Shown here in pieces: positions 37,006 through 51,229 of a stretch of DNA of 64,000 nucleotides (positions within the stretch are counted from its first letter, which is position 1; the number at the start of each line of letters is the position of its first letter). The position numbers were made by a program, and so were the translations under genes. Under the pieces are notes generated by a model, which saw only the letters and a list, made by a program, of their open reading frames with translations, searched no databases and was not told where the DNA came from. The stretch is from Octopus vulgaris (Eukaryota), in assembly GCA_951406725.2 (NCBI GenBank), contig OX597815.1, positions 113,646,001 to 113,710,000 of the forward strand, written 5' to 3'.

Positions 37006-39580
37006 AGAAATAATCCCTTTAACTAGGCATGTTCTTGATGTTTGACATCTTGTGATAGACAACTGAATTTATTGTGATAGTATAGCACTTATTTTAATAA
37101 CAGGGTTCTTGTTTGGTGAGCAAGTGATCTTTTCAGATTAGAGACATGGATGCAAAAGGGTTAAGAAATATTGGTGTAGTTAGAGAAATCTCCAGTAACT
37201 AATTATAAAAGTAAAATGGTCAGTTTAAAGACCTTTAAGTTTAAATCTACTCAAGGCATTTGGTTGTACAATATTGGAATTGTCAGTCAGTGACGTCTAG
37301 TGAGACTGAAAACATACCTGTAGGTGCCACTTTGCTCACTAAGAAAGGTGAAGGGTTTTTTTCCTCCTTTAAGCACGAAAAATTCAATTTTGAGAGATGT
37401 TAACAGTTGCCCCTAGTTTTTATCTTTTTCTAGCTAAAATGTAAATATCAGTTCACTGAGAATGTTTTGTGTGCATCATTCAGTATGTCACCACCTACCT
37501 GAATTACCTAAATACAAACCTTTGCCCCACTTTAATTATTTCCTTTAGCTAACCTTTTGTAAATAATGTAGCAGAGTTTTGATACACTAGCTGTGTTCAT
37601 GACCATGTAGTCAGTAGTAGGGTACCTTAACCACATTACTTATATAATGATGGAAAAGTCAGTTTTTGTTTGTACTGTGTGTCATATGGAAGCTCAACTA
37701 ATAGATATTATTACTGAGACAAATAAGTTCAGTCTTTGACAATTATAAAATTTTCTTTTTTATCAGTACATTATAGTATTTAGTCATCTACTTGGGATTA
37801 TTTCATTTTAGTTTACCTGTCTGTTTTAGGAGAAACAATAGATCATCTATGAATATTATCTGCATTCAATTGAGTAATACTCTCAATCATGAAACCAGTA
37901 CCAAGAATTGACCTTTTCGAGCTTCTTGCTGCTAACTGAGGCATTTATAATCATTTACTTATTGGGTTTATATGATAATCTAGTACATAAGTGATTAGAA
38001 TATTCAAAGGGATTACAATAACAAAACCACATGAGAGAAACTAAGCTGACCATCGAAAGATGGTGGTACTGTCACAAAGTTATAGCCTTAAGTAACTAAG
38101 AGCTTTAGACAGATGAACATTTGGTGGCTTTATATGAACATCTGTTTTCTTGAACTGTGATAGTATAATTGTGCTGGTATTCAAATTTTAAATTGTTTTA
38201 ATACCATGTCGAACATTCAGTGATCTGAGCTGTTATTAAATTTTGAATATATTTAAACATATATCCTGTCTCACAAACTTGTGTACAGTACAAAGATTTG
38301 TACTCTAAGCTTGTATATAGTACATATACTTTTCACTGGGCAATCAAATAAAGCTGACTAGTTTGCGATGTATAACATTACTTTGTTGGGTGTATTGAAG
38401 AAGTAAGAAAAGATACTATTGTTTTGATTTATTTATCATTCCTAATTTTTCAGAATGTTTCAGCTATATCACCACTCCTAAGCACACTTATATGTCATAC
38501 TATCAATCCTCTACTACTTAAGTATGATATATATTCACTTATTTATAAGAATCATATAAAAATAACCTTTGTGGGCATATGATTTAGTATTGTGATATCA
38601 TACTGCAAGTTTTATGCTCTGAAGAAGAATCAGTTTTAGTGTAATAGCTGGATGTAGGTTTGTTGTAATGTATGTCACTTATGTATCATGTAACTCTTGA
38701 TCAAATGAGGTTGGGAATTGGTCAGTCATTTTTGGTGAGGAAAATAATTGTTTTTAAATATATCAGGTGTAAATTATTTTCATCTTCTCATTTAGAAATT
38801 AATGTTTCTTGTTTAAGTTGTTGACAAGTTTAGTCAATTGAATGTAAATTTTCTGAGAAGCAAAATTTGCATTTGTTGAATAGGTAGATGGGATGAAGCA
38901 TGTGTAAGAGGTGTAATACTACATGGTAGGAAGAAAGGGACAATGGATTCAGAAGACTTGTGATAGCTACAGAAAAATGTTTTACTGGATGCCTTGTGTC
39001 AACATGTATAAAGATGATGTGCAAATGATATGAAAAAAAGATTGGCAGTAAAGGTATTGGGTAATGTATAGAAGTGTAGTTATAATAGTATAGACATAAT
39101 ATAAATTGACAACACTTGCTATGTAGTAACAGTAGAAGGTAGCCATTGATAGAGAAAGATATGAAGTGTGAGATCAGCTCTTAGGACACTGTAACTCACA
39201 GATGAGATAATACAGGAAGGTGGGTAGAGATCTTTTATACCTCAGATCCATTCATCTTACACAACATGAAGAAATGGTCACAATGATGATCTATAATTAA
39301 TTGGTATATTTTTTAGTATCAGTTCATTAGCCTTGTCTCTTTTAAACAAGTAATTTGTTTTTGACCAGACGCAAAATTTCTTTTTTAAAATTTATTTAAT
39401 ATTTTACTGACATGAAGTGAATTACTGTCTGAGTAACTGAGAAAAAATAACATTGCATTTTCTTCTCTTGTCTTTTGGTCATATTTGCAGTGTATTCCTT
39501 CCATTTAACCACAAAATAAATATAATATCCTCATATAGATACAATGCTCTCACATCTTGAACATATAACCATAACTCTCT

Positions 39581-39952
39581 TTACTTTCTTTTACTTGTTT
39601 CAGTCATTTGACTGCGGCCATGCTGGAGCCTTTAGTCGAACAAATTGACCCTGGGACTTATTCTATGTAAGCCCAGTACTTATTTTATCAGTCTCTTTTG
39701 CTGAACTGCTAAGTGACGGGGACATAAACACACCAGCATCAGTTGTCAAGCAATGCTAGGGAGATACACATACACACACATATATACATGTATGTGACGG
39801 GCTTCTTTGAGTTTCCATCTATCAAATCCACTCACAAGGCTTTGGTTGGCCTGAGGCTATAGTAATAGACACTTGCCCAAGGTGCAATGCTGTGGGACTG
39901 AACCTGGAACCATGTGGCTGGTAAGCAAGCTACTTACCACACAGCCTCTCCT
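39581..39952 (-). mobile_element. SINE family A, full length
   Basis: Reverse complement of 10688-11102 and 11964-12335. Confidence 0.9.
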
Positions 39953-41040
39953 AAACCCTTTCTAATATCCTATCATTTTAATAAATATGCATTATGTTAA
40001 AAATAGCTCATTTAACAAAATGAAAATAGATGATAGTATCAGTGGAATGATTTTATTTTTATATTTTCCAGCTGCTGGCCACTCAACTGTGAAGTTGGAA
40101 TTATCAGCCAAGCAAGCATAGAGCAAGCAGGGTTTATTTTACCTTACTCAGGGGACAAAATACAATGCTCATGACCATGTAGTCATTAGACCAGCACCTT
40201 AATGACATTACATATATAATGATGGGAAAGTCAGTTTTTATTTGTCATGTGTGTCATACTAAAGCTTAACAAACATATATTACTGAGAAGAATAAATTCA
40301 GTATCTGTTACCAAATGTTCTGTTTTATCAGTGCATGACAGAATCTTTATTTAAGTATTCAGTCACCTACTTGGGATAATCACATTTTAAACACCTTTAA
40401 GCAGAAAATGAACATATATATAAACTGGAAACTAGAATAACAAAACATTATTATTACTCATTTTACATACTGTGTAGTCCTTGGTAGAGTTGATGAATAT
40501 CAACAGGAATATATAAAAAAAAAGTAGTTTCCCATGAAACCAGGCATAATAATAATTTATCTTTATAAATGTGTACAAATGTACAAATACATGAACTACT
40601 ATTCAACCAAACATGCTTAAATTAACATAAATATGTGTCATATATGTACTGACATTTTAGCTTTATTTTTATTGAATGGGTCAGGTAGTCTTTTTGGTAC
40701 ATGTTGATATTTAAAATTTTCTACTCCATATATTTATCAATAAAAAAACTAATAGTAAGTTACATTTTGAATTTTTTTTTAATACATAAAAACAAACTAA
40801 AACTGAATAAACCTATAATCTCTTTCATATGAGTTGTATTCTGTTTTTACTAAAACATTGACCTTCAGAAAAAAAGGGAAGAACCTTAGTTTTTCCATTA
40901 TTTTTATCTACTTTTTCTCCTGTCATCTGGTTATCCAAATGCCATCAAGAGGAAGTATTTTTTTGTAGTCCTTCATTTGAACTTTAGACTTTTGGTTTGT
41001 GATTGTCATTTATAATGAGGGTTTCTGGTGAATGGAACAT

Positions 41041-41064
41041 ACATATAAATACAATATATATACA

Positions 41065-41142
<78 letters not shown>

Positions 41143-41181
41143 TACATACATACATAAATACATATATATATATATATATAT
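41041..41181. repeat. (TACA)n/(TA)n/(CA)n microsatellite
   Basis: Direct inspection. Confidence 0.9.
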
Positions 41182-42007
41182 GACAGCTTTTAGATATTTG
41201 TTAGTTTGCCTCTGTTTTATGATAGATATATTAGTTGTTTTGATTTTATGACAAGAAGCTTGCATGAGGTTTGCATTAGGTTTGATAGAGTAGACCTAAT
41301 GATCAAATATATTTCAGCTGTGATCATCATCTGTTTTATTTTTTCAGTCATTTATGCCCATATTATTCAATAGGTCCTTGATTTGAGGAGATTTAGCTGT
41401 TGTTATGCCTAGGGACCATCTAGAAGTTCCTTTTTACCTTAAGTATTTTCTAGTGGCTGTGTCATGTCAACAAGATAGACTATACAAATAAACAAAAAAG
41501 TGATAAGATAATAGGAAGATATAAACAAGTTTAGTTTTTGTGTACTTTAGGATTGATCCTGTCTAGAAGAGTTACAAATTGAGAAAACCTAGAATTTGTT
41601 CTGAGAGAGTTATGCCCTGAAAATTATGGAACATTCTACAGATCTGAGTTATGAATTTGTTTTGATTTAACCATAGTTTTACTGCCACTGAGAATTATGT
41701 TAATTTGCCAAAATATTTATCTCTCTGGTCCAAGATTTTTTATTTCTTTCACAAAACTATTCTCATGTTTCTTCCTGTTCATATATATTATGATTAAAAT
41801 ATGAATCAACAATGTTCATGTTTCTTTTGCTTTTCCAGTTTCTATTTTTGTATTCTTAAAAAGTTGTAATTTTCATATCTGTTCTAAAATGATTTATAAC
41901 ACTGTTGCAGGGCCATAAATCTTTTGAGTAGAAGCATGGTTATTTGAATCGGGAAGAACTTACATTAGTGAGGATCCTGGTAGAATTTAAACTTGCTATG
42001 GAGAGAG

Positions 42008-42714
42008 AGAAAACATGATATTGAATGCTGAGGACATGCATAGGCTTGAAAGAAATGAAGCTAGTATGATCTGCTGGATGTGTAATGTCAGTGTGCATAC
42101 ACAACAGAGTGTAAGTGCCCTGAGAGAAAAGTTGGGCATAAGAAGCATCAAATGTGGTGTGCAAGAGAGGCGTCTGTGCTGGTATGGCCATGTGTTACAT
42201 ATGATTGAAGACAGCTGTGTGAGGAAGTGCCACTCCCTAACTATAGAAGGAACCTGTGGAATAGGTAGATCCAGGAAGACATAGGCTAAGGTTGTGAAGC
42301 ATAACTGTCGAACATTAGGCTTCACAGAGGCAATGACACGAGACCGGGACCTTTGGAGATTTCTTGTGATTGAGAAGCCCTGGCAACTAAAGTGAGATTG
42401 CAGCCACTCATGCCTGGCCCTGTTAAGAATACTCCTGATGGATATGATATGCTTGAGAAGACCTGTTTAGTCAAGTAAAACCAATATCGTAGCTGTGACC
42501 AGTGTCACCTGACTGGCTCCTGTGCTGGTGGTACATAAAAAGCACCTAATACACACTCGGAGTGGTTGGCATTAGGAAGGACATCCAGTTGTAGAAACCT
42601 TGCCAGATCAGATTGGAGCCTGGTGCAGCCGCTGGCTCTCCAGACCTCGGTCAAACCGTTCAACCTATAAAAGCATAGAAAATGGACGTTAAACGATTAT
42701 GATGATGATGATGA
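42008..42714 (+). mobile_element. RTE LINE 3' fragment (older subfamily)
   Basis: ORF 42015-42284 (AEDMHRLERNEASMICWMCNVSV..ERRLCWYGHV) is homologous to the 34424 ORF; (GAT)n tail. Confidence 0.9.
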
Positions 42715-45237
42715 CTCAGTCCAGCACTCCCAATGTAAATATTGACCCAGCATTAAATTAAAATCTATAAACTAAAATCTACTCGGCTTAAGTGAGATGA
42801 TAAAATAATGGAACAGATAAAGAAGCTAATGATGAGTTAATGAATTCAAATCCTTGCTAAGCATTTCATTGTATCTCTGTGTTTGATATTTCATTTTTGT
42901 TACTTCTGTGTACTTAGCTATCCAAAATGTTTTGAAAATATCTGGGAAAATCTAACAGATTAGAGTCCTGGCCAGAAAACCCGAATTTAAATACTATTTC
43001 AATATTTCTTTTGAGGTTTAAGATAGGGTTAACTTTCTGCAAGCAAGATATTGTAAGCGAAAGAAAATATTTTTTCTTGATATTTATTATTTACTACTAT
43101 TAACATTGTTGGGTAACTAAAGACTAGGTTTTTGAATTTGTTCTATGTTCCTAAGTAATAACATCTGATCAATTTCCTTCTGGCTTTCCCTCATCTGTAA
43201 TTCAAATTTTAAAAAAATGAATTAAGAGAAATAACTCAAGAGGGTCAATAGTATGAATTTAGATTATTCAGGTAGGTTGTGATGTACAAACTAACATACA
43301 TAAAAAACACATAGTTAAATGGAAAGCAATGCCCTCATTGCATCGTTGTCAATTTTATGTCTGCTTTTCCATGATGGGATGGTTTAGATGAGACTTTTAG
43401 TAGCAGTGTTTTACTGTCAATCCTTTTAGACGTATCATTAGGAACACACAGGGATACACTGTGCCTATTCTAAAATCTGGGGTATACACACATGATAAGA
43501 GAGATTATATCAAGAAATTAAAAAATACTGTTACAGAAAACTGAATTTCCAAGTTCTAATCTTTGTTGGCAGGTAAGGTGACAACTGTAGTTATGATTTA
43601 GTTTCATTTGACCTCAGATAATTTTTAAATTTTTGTATGTTTTTAGTAGACCTTATAAAAAATCTGCTCCCTAATTAGAGCAGAGAAATGCTATGCTCTT
43701 CTGATGAAGTTTAATAAGGCGGAAACAAATCTATAACTGTCACCTTTGCTTAGATTTTTTTCCAAATTATGAAATTCAATTTCTTGTAAAGTGAATTATT
43801 AATTAAAATTATTTCCCCCATTTCTTTTTGCTTACAATTACCACCAGGTCTCTTATTTGTTTTCTTTCTCCTACTTTGAGGCAAAATTTTCACTCATTAA
43901 GAAATTTTTTCATACATTGTTTTCACTATGTATCTGAACAAACCGTAGTTAGTCTGAGATCACCATTCTCTTTACTGGTATGGGTTGGATGCTGGCAAGC
44001 CTGAGGATTGTGCCGAACTCCTGTCGTCTGCTTTCACATGGTTTCTATGATTAGATGCCCTTCTTGGTGAGAGATAGATATAAATCAGTTGTGTTCTTTT
44101 TTCTTTGTCAGTTGTCAACCATTTTTGAAATAGTTGTTTTTTATTATCTGATAGACTTTGTCTACCTGAAACGTCACTGTTTTCATAGACTGTAAGCTTT
44201 ACTGGAGATATTTGACTTTTCATTTAATTCTGTTGCTACTGTCATGACAATGCTTCATGGAATTTCCCCCCTTAGTCCCACCATGCAGCTGTTCTTTGAA
44301 TGTTTATTAACAGATGCACAAATTCCACACCTACACTATATTGACAGATCTACATTTCAGAGTCCTTGAAAACAAATCATTTAATAAACATACCAATTAA
44401 CTATATAAGTGACTATTCTTTGGATGATATTTTATTTATATAAAAAAAATCAATACAAAAGACTAGTGATACTCTGTATATGTCTTTGCTTAAGTTCTGT
44501 ACTATTTATAAACTGGCAAAATATTGTTGTAATAGATATAGCTGTTGTTAGCCATTATCAAGTAGATCTGTGATCAAAAGTGTTCCAGCTGTGACCATCA
44601 CCTCTCTCTTTCCTTCTCTCTCTCTCTCTCTCTCTCCATAATTGTATTGAGGACTAAATTATGCAAGTTATCTTTCAGTTATATAAAACATTAGCGTGTG
44701 ATTTGAGGTAGACTTGACTGATATTTGTAGTAGATTAGTAACCACATAGTGGATCCTTCCTTGTCTTGCTATTCTCTTTGTCACTACCTCTGCCAGTCTT
44801 TCTTGCCACCTCTTCTTCATCCTTCACTATAATGTTACTTCTGTGATCATGTATGTCTCCTTTTTGCTCTGCCCATGTCTCCATTCTTGTTTTCATTCTT
44901 GCTCTCTGTATATGCTTGAACTTTATAGACTCTGCTATATCTAGAAATCTAGTTCATTCAGGTTTCTCTGTGATTTGGCTATTTTCTCCCTCTTGTATAA
45001 TTATTTTCTGTTTTGAGAGCCATTAACTTTGTGTGTGTGTGTGCCTGTGCATGTGTTTGTGTCTGTCTCTTTCTTTTCCTCTGCTTATATTTTCCCCTAC
45101 TTTGTTTCTTTCTCTCCATTTAAATTATGCTCTCTAGTGATATGTTGCTCTATGGTATCAATGTCTCCAATATTGAAAAATAAAGTAATTGCAATTAATT
45201 TTTTTAATTAATAGTTTCTTTTTATCTTTTATTGCAG

Positions 45238-45295
45238 TATGTAACTCTAATTTTATAAAAGAGGAATGCTGAACAAGGACTCCAAATTCAGTAAT
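45238..45295 (+). other. Candidate 58-nt exon
   Basis: Strong polypyrimidine acceptor TTTCTTTTTATCTTTTATTGCAG| and consensus donor AAT|GTAAGT. All frames have stops unless translation starts at an internal ATG (MLNKDSKFSN). Confidence 0.3.
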
Positions 45296-45564
45296 GTAAG
45301 TGAAATTTTTCCATGTCATCAATATGAACATTTAAGGTCCACTTTTTCATGCTCGCATGGGTCAGAAAATTTTTGAGGTAGATTTTCTACAGCTGGATGC
45401 TCTACTTGTTGCCAACCTTCACCTGTTTTCAGGGAAGGTAATATTTTCCCAGGTTTCATCATTTTTTGCTTGTATGATCATGGTGTTCATTTACAACTAT
45501 CTTATGGTGTTAAGACATGAGTATACATGAACAAACACCTGCATGCACACACACACACACACAC

Positions 45565-45717
45565 GATGAGCTTCCTTCAGTTTCCATCTACCAAGTTCAC
45601 TCACAAGGCTTTGGTTGACCTAGAGCTATAATAGAAAGCTTGCCCATGGTGCCCTCCTATGGGACCAAAAAACACATGGCTGGGAAGCAAACTTAGTTAC
45701 AATCATACCTGCTCCTA
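45565..45717 (-). mobile_element. SINE family A 5' half, diverged
   Basis: CTTCCTTCAGTTTCCATCTACCAAGTTCACTCACAAGGCTTTGGT..CTTGCCCA.GGTGCC. Confidence 0.75.
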
Positions 45718-45727
45718 TCATCATTAC

Positions 45728-45761
<34 letters not shown>

Positions 45762-46040
45762 TGTTTTAAATCTGGGTTTTGTCCCCATTAACAGGGGTGG
45801 CCAGATCTACCTTAACGCCACAGCAACCTTTGGGCTGGCTGGTGCCCATTCTCCTTTGCTATCATATAATCATATAATTATATAATTTCTGCAAACTTCC
45901 ATATTGCTCTAACAGTATACTTTGATCTATTGCTCCTATTTCATATTGCATTAGAATGTTTGGAACCTGCAAAACAACATTTTTTTAAAACAGTGTGTGA
46001 GTGCATGCATGCCTGTGCATGTATGTTTGATTCAGTTTAA

Positions 46041-47118
46041 CCCTTTCGTTACTATATTTCTGACCAAAATACACCCCTTATGTGTTTCAATTAATTTCTA
46101 ACATAATCATAAATTTAGTCTGGTTTCATTAAACAACTATAACTTTTTTATTTATCAATGTATTAATGTGATTTTTGGAAGATAATTTAATGAAATGTTC
46201 TCAACCAATTCTATACTATAATTTTTGTCACAAAGTGACTCTAATTGCAGGTAGATACAGGTAAATTCAACAAAATATAAAATTATTAAAATTTTGTTCA
46301 AACATCGCTATAGAAAATGGGCTATTAGCTAATATTCAATTGGGTATACAACAAAATTTTACGATAGAATTTGTTATTCTGGGTGACTTTCTGATACCCA
46401 TAATAATATTTATGGCAAAATAGTCTTAATTTCATTTAAGGTTGTGGGAAACCACTAACTATCCTTTCTTTCGCTTTGTTTACATTTAGCATAACGGTTC
46501 GTTTCCGCCGTAATGATTTCAAATAGGCTCATTCGAAAAAGTAAAAAGAAATAGTCTAAGGCTTTACTCTCCTGGGAAAGATTGTGGCTTGGTCCAGTTT
46601 CTTCAGAAAAGTCACCGAAAGAAACAGTTTTTAAATTTTCACTCCATTCAGGTGCCAATTCATTTTCTTTATCGCTGTCGGAGCTCTCGGATTCACTGTT
46701 TTCACTTTCGGAAAATGAAACATCAGATTCATTATCAAATACCACGTGCTTTTTTTTTTCAGTCATAGAGTTAGATTTATGAAGGTCTTCAGTAGAAAAT
46801 CCTTCGAATTCTGACTCGCTGCTTGATATAATGAAATTCGTATCCATTTTTTGTCAGAATTACAAATTTTGAAAACACAATAGGAACAAATTTCGGAAAA
46901 AAATCTCCCAAAATTCACGGAATTAAAATTACACTTCGATCGTTGTACAAAACTGTAGATGAACTGTTTACGAAGTATAATCACTTGTTTTCACGAATGT
47001 ACTAAAGAGATTTGCTCTGATATTCTCATTTAAATATGAATAGGTAAATACGGGCGGGTTTGGTGACATTAACCAAAATGTTTTTCGGGCAGCTTTGGGC
47101 GGTTTGGTAACGAAAGGG
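46041..47118 (-). mobile_element. Internally deleted piggyBac transposon (1078 bp) with intact ends
   Basis: TTAA|CCCTTTCGTTAC ... GTAACGAAAGGG|TTAA (perfect 12-bp TIR, TTAA TSD); CpG-rich relative to the flanks. Confidence 0.93.
46455..46847 (-). pseudogene. piggyBac transposase N-terminal fragment (PGBD4-like), 130 aa
   Basis: Acidic Ser-rich N-terminus, then GPS..ALDYFFLLF..LFEIITAETNRYA; after the stop it continues WFPTT.. No DDD catalytic core. Confidence 0.85.
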
Positions 47119-47459
47119 TTAATCAAGCAGTTTTAAGGTGTGTTGGCAAAATTTTCTCCTTTTTGAAAGACATTGTTCACACTTAACAAAGTATTTGAAA
47201 GATTTTACACCTTTATGATAATCCTGCTTCCATCTATATTTAGAGTTAAAATCTTAATGAAATTAAATTTAAATTTCATCATTCCTAGGTCAGTAAAATA
47301 TGCACCAGTCAAGTACTGGGATCATTTTTATTGACTGTTCCCTAAATTGATGGCCATGCACCTTTGTTAGAACTATTACTGCTGTACAGAATGGTTGCTT
47401 GAGCATGCATTAACCAAATAAAAGTTAATGGGTTTGAAGCTTGTTATCTGATGATGCAA

Positions 47460-47770
47460 GGCCGCATCAGCCAGAAATATGGGTTGCTGGACCAGTGGTC
47501 CTGTTAAGATGCCTGGAGTATGGTTTCAGCCACATCTCCCATTGGCTAAAATCTGGAATTAGGCTATGATCAGAATAACCAGTCCTACCCAGAGGACACT
47601 CACTGAAAAGCCTGACAAAAGTGGTGAATATGATCACCTCCATTATTTATTACTGCTTGACTTCTGTCATGTCTTAGTTTTCATCTGATCAGATTGAAAT
47701 ACCCATTTTTTGCTATGTGTGAAAGGGACGCATTCCTCCAGTCAGAAGGTCCATCTTTTGGCCTATTGAT
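47460..47770 (+). mobile_element. Decayed L1/Tx1-like LINE fragment
   Basis: Translates GCWTSGPVKMPGVWFQPHL..KIW, resembling the post-RT 'VKILGVWF..NW' region; heavily disrupted. Confidence 0.4.
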
Positions 47771-48389
47771 TATGAGTGTTATCTGTGTTAGAGGAAAATC
47801 TGTTGAAAGCATCAGTCAGCTTTGAGTGTAACCTACTCATTGTTGTCCTGTTTTGTTTCTTAAAATAGTTTTGTAATGTCTTATGTCACAGCTTAATATC
47901 ACTCAACCTGAAAGAAATAGTAATTAAATCTCTCCCTTCATTAAAATAGACAAGACATTATTATAAAAGTCTGGTACTGGAAGTTATTTAATCAATTAAT
48001 TACTCCTATTCATTCTCAGTTTGCAACCTTGTACTTTTGTTAGAAATTATTTATATAAAAAATTCCCACTGATTTAAATCTTGTATTCCCTGCTGTTTGT
48101 AAGATAGTTGCTAATATGTTACTTAATATTTTATTAATACTAACATGTTCTTTGTTAATTTCCTTTGACCTTTATTTCCATTCAACATTTCATAAATTGT
48201 TCAGTCATTTATGGCTTGCAAATTTTTATTAGACTCCATACCAAATAGGGCATGAAAAATGCCATTGATACAGGTGTTTTCTTTAGTACTTATCACAGCA
48301 AGATCTTTTGAATTTTTTTTTTTTATTATTTATTTGTAACTTAGTCTGACAAATTCACTTTGTTAATTCTACCTGCATTATGTAATTTA

Positions 48390-49320
48390 GGCCAGTGTGG
48401 AAATAATGCCACAGTGCTGAAATATGCAGATGACATCAAGCTGTACCTCAAAATAAAGAGGTCAGATCCTGTACACTATAGATCTCTATTGCAAGCAGAC
48501 CTGGACACAATGCAGCAGTGGATCATGGACTGGCAACTCAAGCTGGCTGTTGACAAATGTACCACCATGCATTTTGGGAGGAGAAACCCAGCATCCACCT
48601 ACTCCCTCCACAACACTAATCTCAAAAAATCTTCATGTGAACGTGACCTGGGTGTTATTGTCGACAGTGATTTGCATTGGACAAAACACATCGCTAAAAT
48701 TGTCAAAAAGGTTGAGGGTGTCTTGGCATCACTCACCAAATCCTTTGTGAGCTGCTTTCCAACTATCTATCTGCAGCTTTATATAGCTATGGCAAGACCT
48801 CACCTGGAATTTGCATCACCGGTCTGGAACCCCTATCTTGCCCAGGATATTAATCGTCTGGAAGCTGTTCAGCGACGTGCAACCAAAACAATACCCTCCA
48901 TCAGGCATTTGTCATATTCTGAATGCCTTACTTTCCTGGGCATGGACACATTGAAACTCCGACGTCTGGCAGCTGACTTGGCAGACATCCATAAAATTAT
49001 CAACCATCTTACAAACAATAACTCTGAGCACCTTTTCAAACTCCACCCGTCTAACACCCGTGGACATATTTACAAAGTCAGAAAACAGCACAGCTCCCGT
49101 GATTTTAGGAAACATTTTTTCAAAACTTCCATGCTTTCTGAGATTCGCCAACACTACACCTGATTTTCTCCCCTCCATACACACACAAGCATGTATCTGA
49201 CTCATACATTGTTCGCTTTCCAGACATTTGTACATTACTGCATATACTCTATACACACTTTCTGACAAGTTGTGGTGCACCTGAGCACTGCATACAATAA
49301 TCTCATTATATATTATTATA
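48390..49320 (+). mobile_element. 5'-truncated CR1-clade LINE (RT C-terminal half, 3'UTR, ATT-rich tail)
   Basis: ORF 48360-49163 contains KYADDIKLY, LQADLD..W..WQL, KC..MHFG, ERDLGV, RPHLEFASPVWNPY, LEAVQRRATK and TRGH.YK. Confidence 0.93.
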
Positions 49321-51229
49321 AGGAATGACAGAAATGATAGTGCAGAAACACTGAATCATTATAGTACCAAGACTTATCTGGTTACATTTTGAGGTTAAAA
49401 CTGGTCTTCGCCATCCTACACTTTGGGGTTGGTCAATTGAAATGTCTGTGGATAAAATAATTGATTATTATGGTAATGTTGAAGAGTTCAAATCCACATC
49501 ATGTATTTTACTCTGTGTATAGGTATGACACTTTATTTTGAGAATACAGACCAGATGTACCTGTGACAAACTGGCATCCTCTCCAGGGAAAGATTTTCCT
49601 CCTGCTAAATACCAGAGAAGCTGGAGTTAAGTCTTATGAATATTTGAGTTTTATGAATGTAAGTTAATACTCTTGGGTTCATTCAGTTAACTATACCTTT
49701 CCCCTGGAAACAAGGCCTAGTGGAAAAAAACCGATTTTATTCAAAATGATAGCTGTGGCTCTACTATTTTATTCAAAATGATAGCCTTGGCTCTACTATA
49801 TTGGCCTCTACTTCTCTGAACTAGCAACTTGTACACCATCTCTACCAAAACTCACTGGACTAATCCATCTCTCTTCCCCCTGTTGCCTTACTTGATACTC
49901 TAATCATTATGCTGAATCCCTCCTCCTCAGTGATAACTCACTGGAATTACCTCTCTTCACATTTTTCCACCAGACATTGGCATTTTGATATTCTAGCTGA
50001 ATATCAATTATATAAATCTCACTAGTCTCAGAGAACTATGATGATCTTGGGTTCAACCCCTCCATCTTAAACAACTAAAAAAAAAAATAGTTAAAATAAA
50101 TTAGAAGGTCATGTATGATAAAGAAATATATTGGTTGCATAGATTGAAGTACCAACTTTAAATGCATATCATGAATACTTAGCAATATCTCTAATGAAGT
50201 TCAAATCTAGCTACAGGTATAGAAGTTACTTCAAACTGCTTCAGACTATGTGAGAAGTTAGCTTCTAATAGACTTTTCAGCCTGTTCAGAAGGAGATATC
50301 TGTTATCTTCTTCCATGTTCAAGGGAAAAGCCAAGATAATTATCAGAGCTTGAAATTTCAGGAAAAGATTAACTGTTTGTGAATAAATATTAGATATCAT
50401 GCAGTAAACTTTTTTCCTTTTTTACACAAAATAAAATAGACTGTATATGGTGTATGTGTGTTTTGGCCTATTTAAATTTCCTGGGTCACTCCCTCCATAG
50501 CTCAAGGTTCTTTGCCAAATGTTCATCAGATAACTGAATATCTCAAATAAAGAAAGCCCAAGTATTTGACAACCACTTGGCAAGAAATTCATAAACATTC
50601 AATTTCAAACAAACCAGTAAACATTTTTTTCCTATTTTAAGTACTTTTTCTTGATTAATGACATCAACATTATACAGTGTGCATGTAAATATTTGTATGC
50701 ACATGTGCCATGTATGTGTATATAATATGACATTTAAGGAAACTGATTTTTTTTTTGTAGAGCAGATGTAGCTTTAGTAAAAGTTAGTTCTTCACTGGGT
50801 CCCTTTGGTGTGTATATAAACTATAATCTCATGTTACCTAGAGGAGCATTTAAGAGTCAGTGCTTTGCTCGGGTTTTATGTCATTAAATAGATGGAGCAC
50901 ATGTCTTTGCAGATAATTTTTCGTAGACCTGAGAATAAGATGAGTTGAGACAATGTGTAAAGTACTTTGTTCTAAAATATATCTATTACATTAATAGATG
51001 AGAAATTATTCTCTGGATAGGATGCCAGCCCATTGCATATATTATTCTCAGATCTGATAACTATTCTTGACACTTTTACTTAAATGAATTTTCTCATGGA
51101 TCCATTTTAATATGCTTATCCTTATGTGTATATATATATGTATGAAATTTTGAATTTAGTTCACAGACCCCCATTACTACCTTTGCAGATCACCAGGGGT
51201 CCATGGACCCCAGGTTGGGAACCACTGCT

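Noticed and set aside
49735-49800. Short perfect or near-perfect tandem duplications (also 15423-15487 and 57972-58000)
   Set aside because: Ordinary two-copy slippage duplications with no further structure.
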